From contig CAWHAE010000016.1 in NCBI GenBank assembly GCA_963827235.1, positions 192,001 to 256,000 on the forward strand: a stretch of 64,000 nt of DNA, written 5' to 3'. The notes below the pieces were generated by a model that was given only the letters and a program-made list of their open reading frames with translations, was not told the origin of the DNA and made no database searches. Below are positions 31,727-42,065 of the stretch, piece by piece. How positions within the stretch are numbered: the stretch's first letter is position 1; each line of letters begins with the position of its first letter. This stretch comes from an uncultured bacterium. GTDB taxonomy: Bacteria > Chloroflexota > UBA5177 > JANWHV01. The position numbers and the translations under genes were made by a program.

Positions 31727-32569
31727 ATGGCATTGCACACGATCAGCGCGGCGTGTTCGTGCATTCCCCCCGTGGGAACGGGAGTCCGACCGCAGTGGGC
31801 CCGACTGCTGCTTGCGAGCCTGATCGCGCTCAGTTCCTGCGGCGTCGGCGTTGCGTCGGCCGCGCCGACCACGCGCGCTCAGGTCATACGACAGATGGCG
31901 CCGATTCCGGCGGATCTCCTGTGGGCACGCCGCTTGGTCGCCGAAGTGGCGCCCCCTGACAACGTCTACGTCACGGACACTACCATCGTGCGCTGGGCAG
32001 GAGTGGACGGCGCACGGCGGGCCGTGAACCGGAGCGTGTGCTCCACCTTCGTGGACCGCGTGGTGGAGCAGGCTTACGGTTACCCCGCTCCCCGCGTCAC
32101 CGCCTGGCTCGGCCTCTATGCCAGGACCATTCACCAGGCGATAGCACAACGTCGGGGCTTCTTCCCAATCACGGCCGTGGCGGCGATCGAGCCGGGGGAC
32201 GTCATGGCCATCGAGTACTACGACGATGACCGGCCCAGCACGGGCCACGTGATGATCGTGGATCACGTGCCGCAGCCAATCCAGGCTCTAGCGCCGCTGA
32301 TCCCCGGCACGGGGCAGTACACGGTGGCAGTGATCGACTCGGCGATGTCCGGCCATGGACCGACGGACACGCGTGCGGAGAAACGAGGGCGCTGGCAGAC
32401 GGGCATTGGGCGTGGACTGTTCCGCCTCTATGCCGACGCGCAGGGGCATATTGCCGGCTACAGCTGGAGCCCGACCGCTGGGTCAACGTTCTATCCGCCA
32501 ACGATACGGGACGTGCTGGTGGGCCGCCTGACGCGCGTTCCGCGGAGTCCAACCCATCTACGCGCCTGA
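31727..32569 (+). CDS. Secreted NlpC/P60-CHAP-like cysteine hydrolase
   Basis: GAAGGAG RBS, signal peptide, VCSTFV catalytic-type Cys, IEPGDV, TGHVMIV His, VIDS. Confidence 0.7.
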   Translation: MALHTISAACSCIPPVGTGVRPQWARLLLASLIALSSCGVGVASAAPTTRAQVIRQMAPIPADLLWARRLVAEVAPPDNVYVTDTTIVRWAGVDGARRAVNRSVCSTFVDRVVEQAYGYPAPRVTAWLGLYARTIHQAIAQRRGFFPITAVAAIEPGDVMAIEYYDDDRPSTGHVMIVDHVPQPIQALAPLIPGTGQYTVAVIDSAMSGHGPTDTRAEKRGRWQTGIGRGLFRLYADAQGHIAGYSWSPTAGSTFYPPTIRDVLVGRLTRVPRSPTHLRA

Positions 32570-33304
32570 CATCGCCGCCGAAGTCAAGCGCAATCGCTCG
32601 ACGCGCGGAGGCTGGTGGTTGGTGCGTGTTGCCCACGGGCCCATGACCTGTGCGCTCCGACTACGACCCGTATTGTCGAGACCACCGAGCCCACGGCCGC
32701 CTATCCTGAGCATTGCCTCAGGTGTTTGCTTCTTGGGCTGTCCATGGTCCCCCGCGCACCTGCAGCGAGTGCCCTCTCCCCATACGATACGCCTCGCCCC
32801 CTGGTAAGGTTCGTTGGACATGGCATAACGGGGCCTGCAGGCGCCCGGGCTGCCTCCGTGCTCTACTCTGCGGTGGCACACGACCGACCGGACTATCTCC
32901 GATCTTGCGGCACCCATTGCGGCGTGCGGCACCTACTGACCCTCGGCTGCCAGGTCGCCTCGCGCGCGATACGGCTCACTGGCGGGGCTATCAGGCTCGA
33001 GCTGACAGTATCTCCGCGGCAGGCCGTGAAGTCATACCGTAACAGTGAGCGCGTAGACCGTCAGCGGCACATCGGTGCCTGACGCATAATCTGCGCAAAC
33101 TGGCTGGCCTCATGCGCGCGCGTCCAACAGCGGACGCACCAATCCTCGCCCTGACAACGCCGCCGATTCGCTAACCAGCACAACTCTCCCGCCGACGCCG
33201 CTGCCCAGCATAGCACCGGAATGCTGTCTGCCGGCCGGGCGATGTCGGCAGTGTGTGGGCCGGCATGCTGTGCCCGGCTACGACGAAGTGATGTCGCCAG
33301 CGTG

Positions 33305-34977
33305 CTACTGGGTCAGGATCCGCAGCACCCAGCCGTCGATGCTGGAGGCGCGGAGGGCTACCTGCGCCCAGTGCGTCGTCAAGGCCAGCACTTGCAGCTT
33401 CGTACCCTGCTCGAGTTCCGCGACCACGCCGTGATTCTGTCCCGGCCCGCTGCGAATATTGAGGATCGGCGTCGCCACGGTAATGAATAGGGCATGCACG
33501 ACCAGCGCATCGCCGCCGGCAGTAAGCTCTCCCGCCGGCAGGGTCAGCGGTCGTGCCACCCAGCCCGTCGTCCCGCCGGGCAGCACCACCGCAGCCCAGT
33601 GGGGCGTCGTCCGCTCTACCTCGATATTGGTGCCGTCAAGACGGCCCCGCAGGCCGGGTATTGCAGGCCTGGACCCGTGCGCACACGCAGGAGGGATACG
33701 GTAGGCACGATGGTCACTGCCCCGTGCGGCGTTGGTGCTCCCGGCTCCTGCAGATACTGGCGCGCGGCCCAGCCGATGGCGCCGTCGCGCGTCCTGTCCT
33801 GGGCCCAGTGCGGTGTGTAGGCCAGCAGCTCCACCGTGTCGCCGTGGTAGGCGGCGGTGACGATCGGATGGTCCTCGCCGGGACCGCTGCGCACGTTCAG
33901 GCCCAGGACGGCGACCGTGGCCACTACGGCACCCGCAGGAGGCCACGAGGAGTTCGCAGTGCCATTCCCGCTGGTAGCCCAGTCCCGGTAGCCGGCGACA
34001 TAGCGCCGGTCGACCCAGCCCTGCACGTGCTGCGGCAGCGCGACCTCGATCCATGACCCCTTGGTGGCCATGTAGCCCAGCTTGGCCCCGCGCAGGGCCG
34101 TGCCCACAATGCGCGCCTGCACACCCGGCTCCACCCGCACGTGCAGGCCGTCGCTGACCGCCACCACCACAAAATGCTGGTAGCTCCGCAGGAAGCGCTC
34201 GAGCACCGGCCCGGACTCGGACGACTCATCGAACACCTCTGGGGAGGGATGGCCCGTGCTCGCGATGTAGGCTGCCCGCTGCAGCAGGTGCGCCGCGACG
34301 AAGGCCAGCCCATCCACATAGCCGGCAATCAAGCTGGCATTGCCGAACGTATAGCCGGGCGCGTCCTCATCAACGCTCTTGATCTCGAAGTGCAGGTGGG
34401 GACCGGTCGCATTGCCGGTGGCACCCACCAGCCCCAGCTCCTGACCCTGGCTGACGATCTCGCCCACGTAGACATCGAGACTGCCGTACTGCAGATGCTC
34501 GTACTGCGAATACATGACGCTGCCGTCCGGCAGATCGTGGCGGAGACGCACCATGACGCCGTAGCTGCCGTTGTATCCTGCACTCACCACCAGGCCGGCT
34601 GCGGTGGCATGGATGACCGGACTCGCCGTAGTCGTGCCCAGGTCTACGCCGGTGTGGCCGCAGTAGTAGAGCCCGTACAGGTAGTAGCCCTGGCCGGCCG
34701 AGGGATCGCACGACGTGTTGAAGCCCTGAGTGATGTAGTAGCCGCTGGCATTGGCGTGGTCCCAGGTCGGCTGGATCGTCGGTGCACCGACGGGGTAGAT
34801 GAATGAGGTCGCGATGGGCACGCCACCCGTACCGTTGGTATCGGCTGCAGCGGTCGCTGGACGGAGCGGGCTGAGCACCAGCACGACGGCCCACAGCAGG
34901 AGCCAGCCGCACGAGGCCGCGCTTCGGCGGCGCGGGACATTACGGTCGACGACGTCACCCCCAGTGGGATAAGGCAC
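33305..34977 (-). pseudogene. M23 peptidase with four SH3b domains, frameshifted near 33640 (possible sequencing indel)
   Basis: HTGVD, YEHL, GATGNATGPHLHFE; repeated LNVRSGPG-type SH3b units; last domains in a shifted frame. Confidence 0.88.
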
Positions 34978-35042
34978 AGAGCAACTCGCGGCCCACGGTA
35001 ACAGGGGAGCGCAGCCCCGTCAATGGGGACTAGGGGACAACC

Positions 35043-35056
35043 GTCCTGTACAGGAC
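35043..35056. promoter_or_regulatory. 14-bp palindrome upstream of the M23 gene
   Basis: GTCCTGTACAGGAC, flanked by repeated GGGGAC motifs. Confidence 0.35.
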
Positions 35057-35350
35057 ACGGATCGGGCAGCAGGTGGTACAGGGGACGTGGGATCACGCGA
35101 CAGGCGGACGCTCGGACGGAGTCGTCGCCCACCAGGCACACGCCGGCCACGAGAAGGCAACTATCCGGACGCCGGGTGTCCAATGGTGCCCTGTAGGACC
35201 GGCGGGACGCCGGAACGGTGACTGCCCAGCGTCACCGCGTGCAGGGCCGGACCGTCTGCAACCACGCGGCGTAGGGCGCGACGTCGCCGCAGACCGGTTT
35301 GGCGACAACGTTCGGGTTGCCAGCGACGCGCGATCCGCTGTCCCCCTATC

Positions 35351-35470
35351 TCACGATGTGCCGCTCACGGTGAAGCTGCCGGCGACGTTCGTCAGCGGCG
35401 CAGTCGGCGAAATCGCCACCACGACGCGGCTGGCGCCGGCCGGGATCTTCAGGCTGCCGTCGTCAAGCCT
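35351..35470 (-). pseudogene. C-terminal remnant of a second InhA-like peptidase
   Basis: GSLKIPAGASRVVVAISPTAPLTNVAGSFTVSG aligns with GSLRIPAGSKRVVMAVSPLAPLTTVSAAYTLRA at the end of 27260-29155. Confidence 0.8.
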
Positions 35471-35639
35471 GGCTGAGAACGACTCGCTGGCGACAACACG
35501 TTGCCAAAGACTGTGCGATTTGCGGTAATCCTGCGATCCGGTCCCCAAGGTGCTGCCCAACCGACGGGGTCCGGGCTGATCCCTCGCCCAGCCCTCCGTC
35601 ACCCACAACGGGGTGTACACACGCACGCCGTGCAGAGTC

Positions 35640-35900
35640 GAGTTAAAGAGCCCAGCACGATCGCAGAGGCGTTCCGCCTCGTCAAGGCGGTGCGTGATGA
35701 GGAAGATCGTCACACCGCTCTGGCGCAACCCGTCAATCGGGTCGTGGACATCGCGCGCGGCCACCGGGTCCAGACCGGCCGTCGGCTCATCGAGGAATAG
35801 CGCGTCCGCGTCGTTGAGCAGCGCCCTGGCCAGACTGATCCGGCGGCGCAACCCTTTGGACAGCTTGCCACAAACTTCGTTGACCCGTCCGGTGAGGTTG
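35640..35900 (-). pseudogene. ABC transporter ATP-binding protein fragment
   Basis: LSKG..RRISLARALL, Walker B LFLDEPTAGLDP, THRLDEAERLCDR; no Walker A. Confidence 0.85.
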
Positions 35901-35939
35901 ACGCCGCGCAGTAGTGCGCGAGCGCGCCTGGCTCTGCTT

Positions 35940-36110
35940 CCAGGTCCGCGATACGAGACAACTCGTGGTCTACGCCACCGACGGGTTCGTGCGCTTCATA
36001 CAAGCTTGTCCGTCTGAGGGACTGGGCACGGACGTGCACACGCTGCAGCGGTTGTGCGCTGACGACATGGCAGCGCTCGCGGCGATCGACCAGGCGCACG
36101 TCGAGAGCTT
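35940..36110 (+). pseudogene. Fragment resembling phage/mobile-element proteins
   Basis: FVRFIQACPSEGLGTDVHTLQRLCADDMAALAAIDQA resembles, from memory, a PxEGLG-containing phage protein family. Confidence 0.3.
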
Positions 36111-37235
36111 TGGGGCAGCGGGGCTGCCTGGCGCGATGTTCAATGCCGGCACCGGTGTAGCGGGGAGGTTGCAGGTCCACTTCTCATCGGCAGCAACTGC
36201 CAAGCTGTGACATACCGCCGCTACGAGCAAAGGATCCCACAGACGGCCGCTGTCCTGCTTCAGACGGCAAACCACGTCAGCAGGCCGTAGCGCCTCGCGA
36301 CGATACGAGGGTCGCAGCATCGCGTCGACGCATTCTGCGATGGCCAGGATTCTCGCGCGGAGAGGGATCGCCTCTCCTGCAAGGCGCTGCGGATAGCCGG
36401 TGCCGTCCCAGCGTTCGTGGTGGTGCAGAATCAGATCTTGGACCGGAGCGGCCATGTTGGCACGAGCGGCAAGCTCGGCGCCAATGCTCACGTGCGCCTC
36501 CACCACGCGGCGTCTCGCGCTCGGCAAGATGCGGCGCCCTCCCCAAAGGTCTCGCGAAAGCCCCACCTTTCCGACGTCGTGAACCCACGCCGCCTGCTCC
36601 AACGCCGCAACCTGTCGAGGCGCCAGCCCGCTCGCAGTGGCGAGACTGACCGCAATGCGGGCAACCCCCATACCATGCCCCACGTGCCCCCATTCGGCCA
36701 CTTCCTGCGCGGCAGTGGCCTGCAGCAATTGTGCCTGACTGACCGACGACAGCACTTGTATCAGTTCCTCGATCTCCGCGTCCTGCCGTTCGACCGTGCG
36801 CATCGTTGCTTCAGCCGCAGCCTTCGCAGCGTGCAGATAGAGGCGAATATCTTGCTCCAGCACAAGCCGCAGCAGCCACGGTGCGACGTGGCGCTTGGAT
36901 GGGCACTGTGCTGAGACAAGGACCAGCGTCAGTCCCACCTCATCCGCAAGTGTCACGAGTTCTCGCGCGCCGGCGAACGGGCCGTCTGCATGCGAGTACA
37001 CGATGCGGAGCGGGGACTGTGGCTCAATCAACCTGAATGGCATGTTCGCAGTCGCCGAACTTCGACCCTGGGCTCCCCCACTCGGTCCACGACCCAGGCA
37101 GGAGTGGCCATGCCGAGCAACGGGATCCCGAGTGCATGGAGAGCCGCCGGCCGGCGTGCATAGCACCTCGAACACCAGGGGAACCGGTGCCGCAATGAGC
37201 ACCTGCTGCGGCGCAATGCCGACACCTGCAGTCAT
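35970..37235 (-). CDS. HD-GYP phosphodiesterase-like protein with an N-terminal SRPBCC-like domain
   Basis: IAAPVPLVFEVL..., HDVGK, HHERWDGTGYP, IPLRARILAIA; true 3' end uncertain. Confidence 0.8.
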   Translation of the reverse strand: MTAGVGIAPQQVLIAAPVPLVFEVLCTPAGGSPCTRDPVARHGHSCLGRGPSGGAQGRSSATANMPFRLIEPQSPLRIVYSHADGPFAGARELVTLADEVGLTLVLVSAQCPSKRHVAPWLLRLVLEQDIRLYLHAAKAAAEATMRTVERQDAEIEELIQVLSSVSQAQLLQATAAQEVAEWGHVGHGMGVARIAVSLATASGLAPRQVAALEQAAWVHDVGKVGLSRDLWGGRRILPSARRRVVEAHVSIGAELAARANMAAPVQDLILHHHERWDGTGYPQRLAGEAIPLRARILAIAECVDAMLRPSYRREALRPADVVCRLKQDSGRLWDPLLVAAVCHSLAVAADEKWTCNLPATPVPALNIAPGSPAAPKLSTCAWSIAASAAMSSAHNRCSVCTSVPSPSDGQACMKRTNPSVA

Positions 37236-37639
37236 CCCCGCGTCCTACTCGATGCTTCCTGCCTCGACATCTCCGTGCTCGCAAAGGCGGTCTTCTGCGC
37301 ACAACTCTATACCGCGTCAGCGAACTGATCAATAGAACCACTGTGGTGCCACGGCTCTACCCACATCGATGGGCGTGTATGGTCGCAGCAGCTCTGCGCG
37401 CGACGAGGATCGTGCGCAGCGTGGCTGTGGGGACGCCGACCTTCTCGCAACTCCTCAACCGTGAATGGCGTGCCGACGAGTGCTTCGCAAGGAATGACGT
37501 CAGGTCAATCGTCGCTCGCTGTTCACTCGGCTGCCGCGCCGGGGAGCGTTCGGCACAGCCATTGCGTCCGAGGTGGTCGGCCACCATCAGACGGTACGAG
37601 AGATACAGGCTCAGCAAAAAGAGTGCACGCCTGGCCCTG

Positions 37640-37980
37640 GTGTCAGGACTCGAGCTGGCCCGCAGCCTCTACACCGATGTCCTCGCGACCGCTCTGCGTG
37701 ACGTACCCCATGCTGCTGCGGCGCTTAGTGAGGGAGCTGAGATCCTGGGTTTCGGCACGGAGCGATCCACCGACCACAGTTGGGGGCCCCGCGCGCGCAT
37801 CTTTGTCAGCGCCGAAGCGGTCCCGGTGGCGCAATCACGCCTGCAGACCGCACTCCCCGAGACCTTTCGCGGGTGGCCGGTGCGGAACTTTCCCTGGCAG
37901 AGCGGGCGTGTGGAGCACAATGTCGGCGTCTCGACCCTGCAGGACTGGTTGCGCGAGCAGATCGGCCCGGACCCGGGACG
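37640..37980 (+). pseudogene. DUF4037-family protein N-terminal fragment
   Basis: SGLELARSLY...GAEILGFGTERSTDHSWGPR...LPETFRGWP. Confidence 0.75.
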
Positions 37981-38200
37981 AGCCTCTCGACATGCCAGCG
38001 GACAGCCAGGACTACTCCCGCGACATCGCCACCCCGCCAGCCAAAGCCGCCGTCTGCTGCACCGCGCCAACCGTCTTGATCGCCAGCACCTGGGTCGGCG
38101 CGGCCCGCTTCTGGTCAAGCCACGGCTCAGCAAAGGGCGCTCGACCACAGATGGGAACGCCAGCGCAAACGGCTCTCAAACATGCCCGGAGAGCTGCCGT

Positions 38201-38578
38201 TCACGACGCCAAGGGCTTCAACCGCGCAACGATCTGGGCCGCGTTGCCCGCTGGATCGGCAAAGAAGACCATCGTATCCCCGAACACGTTCGTCGTCGGC
38301 TCCTGCACGGGTACGCCCGTGGCCCGCAGTGCCGACAGGGTGATCTCGAACTCGCTGGGATCTACCACGAAGGCCAGGTGGTGCGGCAGCGTCAAGGGCG
38401 GTTGGTCGCGCGCCATGATCTCCAGCCTGCCGCCCTGGCCGTCGCCGACGAACGCCAGATCCCCTGGGTTCTCCTTCAGCCGGTGCCAGCCGAATACCTC
38501 CTCGTAGAAGCGAACTGTCGCCTCGAAGCGATCGGGCGCGGCGCCAATGCCAACATGCTCAAGTCTGCCTCTACTCAC
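38201..38578 (-). CDS. VOC/glyoxalase family protein
   Basis: LEHVGI, FYEEVFG, LEIM, HHLAF, FFADPAGN. Confidence 0.9.
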   Translation of the reverse strand: MSRGRLEHVGIGAAPDRFEATVRFYEEVFGWHRLKENPGDLAFVGDGQGGRLEIMARDQPPLTLPHHLAFVVDPSEFEITLSALRATGVPVQEPTTNVFGDTMVFFADPAGNAAQIVARLKPLAS

Positions 38579-38799
38579 CCTGTATCTCTACCTTCTGTCC
38601 GGCCGCGACGGCCTCGCTCTGCCCATCGCACGCGAGCTGTGCTCTTGTGATCCATACTCTGATATTACTTGACCGATCACAGCACTTGCGCGTGTGCCGG
38701 GTTACGCCCATGGGCGACGAGGGCACAAAGGTCAGCGGACAGGACCATGATACCGAGGTGTATAGCTACGGCGTAGTGCGCACAGTCCCTTGGGCGCTG

Positions 38800-39090
38800 A
38801 CGAGGTAATCCGGCTGAAGCCGCGTCACGTCAAACGCCCGCCTGACGACGAGCGTTTCAACAGTATTGTCGTGGACCTCGGCACAGAGTGGTATCGCCAC
38901 CTACCGCTGCCCTGGCCCCCAATGCCCTCTCCCCTACGTTCGAGACGCTATTCGCACAGCTGGAGTCCGCTGGCCCTGACCGGTTTGCCCTGGCGTTCAA
39001 GCGGCACACGGGCGACTGGGTCGAGCTGTATCGAGATCTCTCGCTTGCGCAGTGCCTGGAGGCGAGAGAGCGGGGCCCTACTTCATCCCT
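38800..39090 (+). pseudogene. Degraded DUF3024-like small protein
   Basis: LKPRHVKRPP...FN, then in another frame FAQLE..G.DRFALAFKRHTGDWVELYRDLSLAQCL. Confidence 0.5.
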
Positions 39091-39621
39091 TGAGTGGGCG
39101 GTGACGTGTTAGGACAGGCCGGAGCAGCGGATGGGTACAGCGGTGTCGGTGTCAATAGCGCGTGGCCCAAATGACAGTCGGAAGTCACGCTTACGGGTCC
39201 GGAGTGAGAAGAGAGCAGGCGACTGCTACTGACCCTCCGGCATCAGAGCGCCCACAGCAAACGCATCACCTTGCTAAACCAGGCATACCGCAGGTGTGGC
39301 TGAAGGCGCGTGTCGTTCTGTGTTGTGGCCCGGTACATGTTTCACGCGGGTCAGCGTGTACGGCCTGCCACTAGTGCGCTTGCCGACGCCGGTCTGAGAG
39401 ATGGGCCGGGTTCCGTCCGTCGGCGCCACATCTTGTGGGCCCCAAGAGCGCGTGTCGTTCTGCCTGTAGTGTGCATACGCACACAATAGCCGACTTCAGC
39501 CTTGTCTGCTCCGCGCGCGTGACCTCGTGCTGTAGTCAGGCTGAGGACCTCCCTGCGGGCAGTGGCCGCGAACACCACTCTGTAGGAGTGCTCGCTCTGC
39601 CGGTTCTCCACACCATTGGAC

Positions 39622-40383
39622 CTAGGCTTCAGGCTTTACTTTGCCCACTGGCGCCGCGTACACGGCATATTCATCGCGGCCGTCCACGCCGAGCAAGGCA
39701 TCGAGCTTGGCCTGGTCATAGGCGTCAATGCCGCAGGTGCCGGCGCCAATGGCCTCGCACGCCAGGTAGAGATTCTGGCACAGATGGCCAGCGTCTTGGG
39801 CAATGATCTTGGGTGACAAGAACGCATAGCGCCATTCCGTGCGATAGGGGACAACGGTCCAGACAAATGTCGCAGCACCTTTGCCGACAAAGAGCTGGTT
39901 ATTGCAGGCCACACCTGCCTCTTCGGCGAGGCTGGCGTCCAGGCGCAGCAGGCAGAGCTTGTGCTCCAGCGCCAGGTAGCGGTAGAGTCCCGGCTCGAAA
40001 CCGGTGACGCGATAGAGCAAGAGGTAGGTTTCAAAGGGGTGGCGTGCGCCGCCAGAAGGGACGGTGCGCAGGGTGTACACCTTGTTGTGCCCCACCTCAG
40101 TGACACCCTGTGTGGCCCAGAGCAAGAACGACAGCTCTTCGAGCGAGAGCAGCTCTGTGGTGTACGTGCGGCGGCTGCGGCGGCGGCGAACAGCATCAAT
40201 CAGCGGCATGCGCCCGATGGTGAAGGCGTCGGGCGCCACAAGGTCGAAGAGCAGCGCTCCGGCGGGCGCGGGTTTCTCCAACGGGGGGCAGGGCAGCCCT
40301 CGCTTCTGATCGGTTTCAGAACGGCCCCATTCCTCCCAGCGTTCTGATTTGAGAAAGCGTTGCCCCGGTTCCATCGATTCCAT
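39622..40383 (-). CDS. SagB/ThcOx-family nitroreductase-like dehydrogenase
   Basis: RRRSRR, LSFLLWATQG, RTVPSGGARHPFETY, GLYRY, DAGHLCQNLYL; AAGGAG RBS. Confidence 0.93.
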   Translation of the reverse strand: MESMEPGQRFLKSERWEEWGRSETDQKRGLPCPPLEKPAPAGALLFDLVAPDAFTIGRMPLIDAVRRRRSRRTYTTELLSLEELSFLLWATQGVTEVGHNKVYTLRTVPSGGARHPFETYLLLYRVTGFEPGLYRYLALEHKLCLLRLDASLAEEAGVACNNQLFVGKGAATFVWTVVPYRTEWRYAFLSPKIIAQDAGHLCQNLYLACEAIGAGTCGIDAYDQAKLDALLGVDGRDEYAVYAAPVGKVKPEA

Positions 40384-40695
40384 GGTTTTGGCTCCTTTGG
40401 CGAGCGCAACGGCGGACGACTCGGCACCATTATATAACGCGCCTGAACGTCACCATCATCGCCAACCCGCCCGTCGCCCGCAGTGTCACCGTAGGCGCGG
40501 TCGTCTTGAAATCTGCGGCCACCACGCAGGTGGTTGGCTTCCCGACCAGCCCCATCTGAGAGTTGCGCCAGGCGACAGCAGGGAGATTAGTACTAGTTGC
40601 CCCTGCGTGAAGAGGTGTCTTTACTCTGGAGAGGTGGTACGTTCGGGGTGAGAAACGAGGCCGAACGCACGCTCCAGAGGAGGTGAGGTGCTCGA

Positions 40696-41235
40696 ATGCT
40701 GATCGATCGCTACCCAGCGGAGGATGTCTTCGCGCACGTGCCGGAGTTGGCAGGGCAGACGGATCCGGTACTGCGCCAGCTCGACCCCCTGCTGGACGAC
40801 GATCCGCTCTTCCAACTGGTCAGGGCTGATCTAGCGCAGCGGTATGCGCATACGACGGACCACGGGCGGCATGCAACACCGGTGGAGGTGATCCTGCGGC
40901 TGCTCGTGGTGAAGCGCCTGTTCAACTGGGGCGACGAGGAGGCCGAACGGCGCGTGGCCGACAGCCTGGTGCTGCGCTGGTTCTGTCGGGTCTACTTCCA
41001 CCGCGTGCCCGACGCCACCACGCTGCTGCACTGGAGCCGGACGATCCAGCCCGTGACCCTGCACGCGCTGCTGGACCGTATCAGCGTGCTGGCCCAGCAG
41101 CACAAGGTCACCAAGGGCCGGAAGCTGCGTCTGGACGGCTCCGTGGTGCAGAATACCATCCGCCATCCGACCGACTCCAGCCTGCTCGTGGACGGCGTGC
41201 GCGTGCTCAGCCGGGTGCTGCGGCGGGCTAAGCCC
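40696..41235 (+). mobile_element. Truncated IS5/ISNCY-like transposase
   Basis: GRHATPVEVILRLLVVK, DSLVLRWFCR, VPDATTL, KLRLDGSVV..IRHPTDSSLL; similarity ends at RRAKP. Confidence 0.85.
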
Positions 41236-41259
41236 AGCAGCAGCGGCGCTTGCCGCCGT

Positions 41260-41462
41260 TGGCGAGCAGGCAGTCTCCCTAGCTGCACGACACCAGGCCA
41301 GCGACTGGGGACATGTCGCCGCTGCAGCAGGAGAAGAACGCATTGGGGTGCAGTACGGCCACGATGTCACATCCCTCTATCGGCTCCAGGACGGCACCGA
41401 AGTCCGCGTCGAAACCTCGCTCGACCATTCCTTGACCCTAATCCTGCTGGCCAGCGAATACG
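41260..41462 (+). pseudogene. Fragment of a small plasmid/ICE-associated protein
   Basis: ARHQASDWG...SLYRLQDGTEVRVETSLDHSLTLILLASEY resembles, from memory, the RH..GDWG...T..DRS.TTILLP.EY family. Confidence 0.5.
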
Positions 41463-41569
41463 TGCCGCGCCAGCCGGTCAGCCCAGGCGAACGGCATGCC
41501 CACTGGGCCAACTCCTACCACGACAAGCACTCCACCGCTGCCAACTGCATGGCTATGCACCTCTACCCC

Positions 41570-41600
41570 TTGACTTCGAGCGCGCTCGAAGTTGTAGGCT
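41570..41600 (+). promoter_or_regulatory. MerR-type promoter/operator
   Basis: TTGACT-19 bp-TAGGCT containing the perfect dyad ACTTCGAGCGCGCTCGAAGT (41573-41592). Confidence 0.9.
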
Positions 41601-41606
41601 GCAGCT

Positions 41607-42065
41607 ATGGACCAACTGCTCAGCATTCGCGATGTCAGTGCACGCACCGGCCTGAGCGTACACACCCTCCGCTACTACGAGCGCGCCGGTCTGCTCGACC
41701 CCGTCGGTCGCGCGGCGTGCGGCCATCGGCGCTACGCACCAGCGGACATCGCGTGGATTGAGTTCCTCAGCCGACTGCGCGCCACCGGCATGCCGATCCG
41801 CCAGATGCAGCAGTTTGCACACCTGCGGCGGCGGGGTGCCCAGACCGTCGGCGACCGGCGCGAGCTACTGGAGGCGCATCGGCTGGCGGTGCAAACTCAT
41901 CTCGCGACGTTGCAGCACAGCTTAGCAGAGATCGAGGAGAAGATCCGCCACTACCGTCGACTGGAGGAGGATGCGGATGACCCCATCGCAGGAGCGTTCA
42001 CCATCGCAGACAGCCGAGGCGAGCCAGCGCTATCGGCGAGGGTTGGCGAAGCTGGCGGAGGTTGA
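41607..42065 (+). CDS. MerR-family transcriptional regulator (AdhR-like)
   Basis: LSIRDVSARTGLSVHTLRYYERAGLL, GHRRY, LRATGMPI, coiled coil ending KIRHY. Confidence 0.93.
   Translation: MDQLLSIRDVSARTGLSVHTLRYYERAGLLDPVGRAACGHRRYAPADIAWIEFLSRLRATGMPIRQMQQFAHLRRRGAQTVGDRRELLEAHRLAVQTHLATLQHSLAEIEEKIRHYRRLEEDADDPIAGAFTIADSRGEPALSARVGEAGGG

Noticed and set aside
34980-35350. c-di-AMP (ydaO) riboswitch upstream of the M23 gene
   Set aside because: The conserved riboswitch motifs were not recognisable on the relevant strand.
39622-40383. SagB-type dehydrogenase as a sign of an azole RiPP cluster
   Set aside because: No YcaO, E1-like protein or adjacent precursor is present, and standalone members of this family are common.
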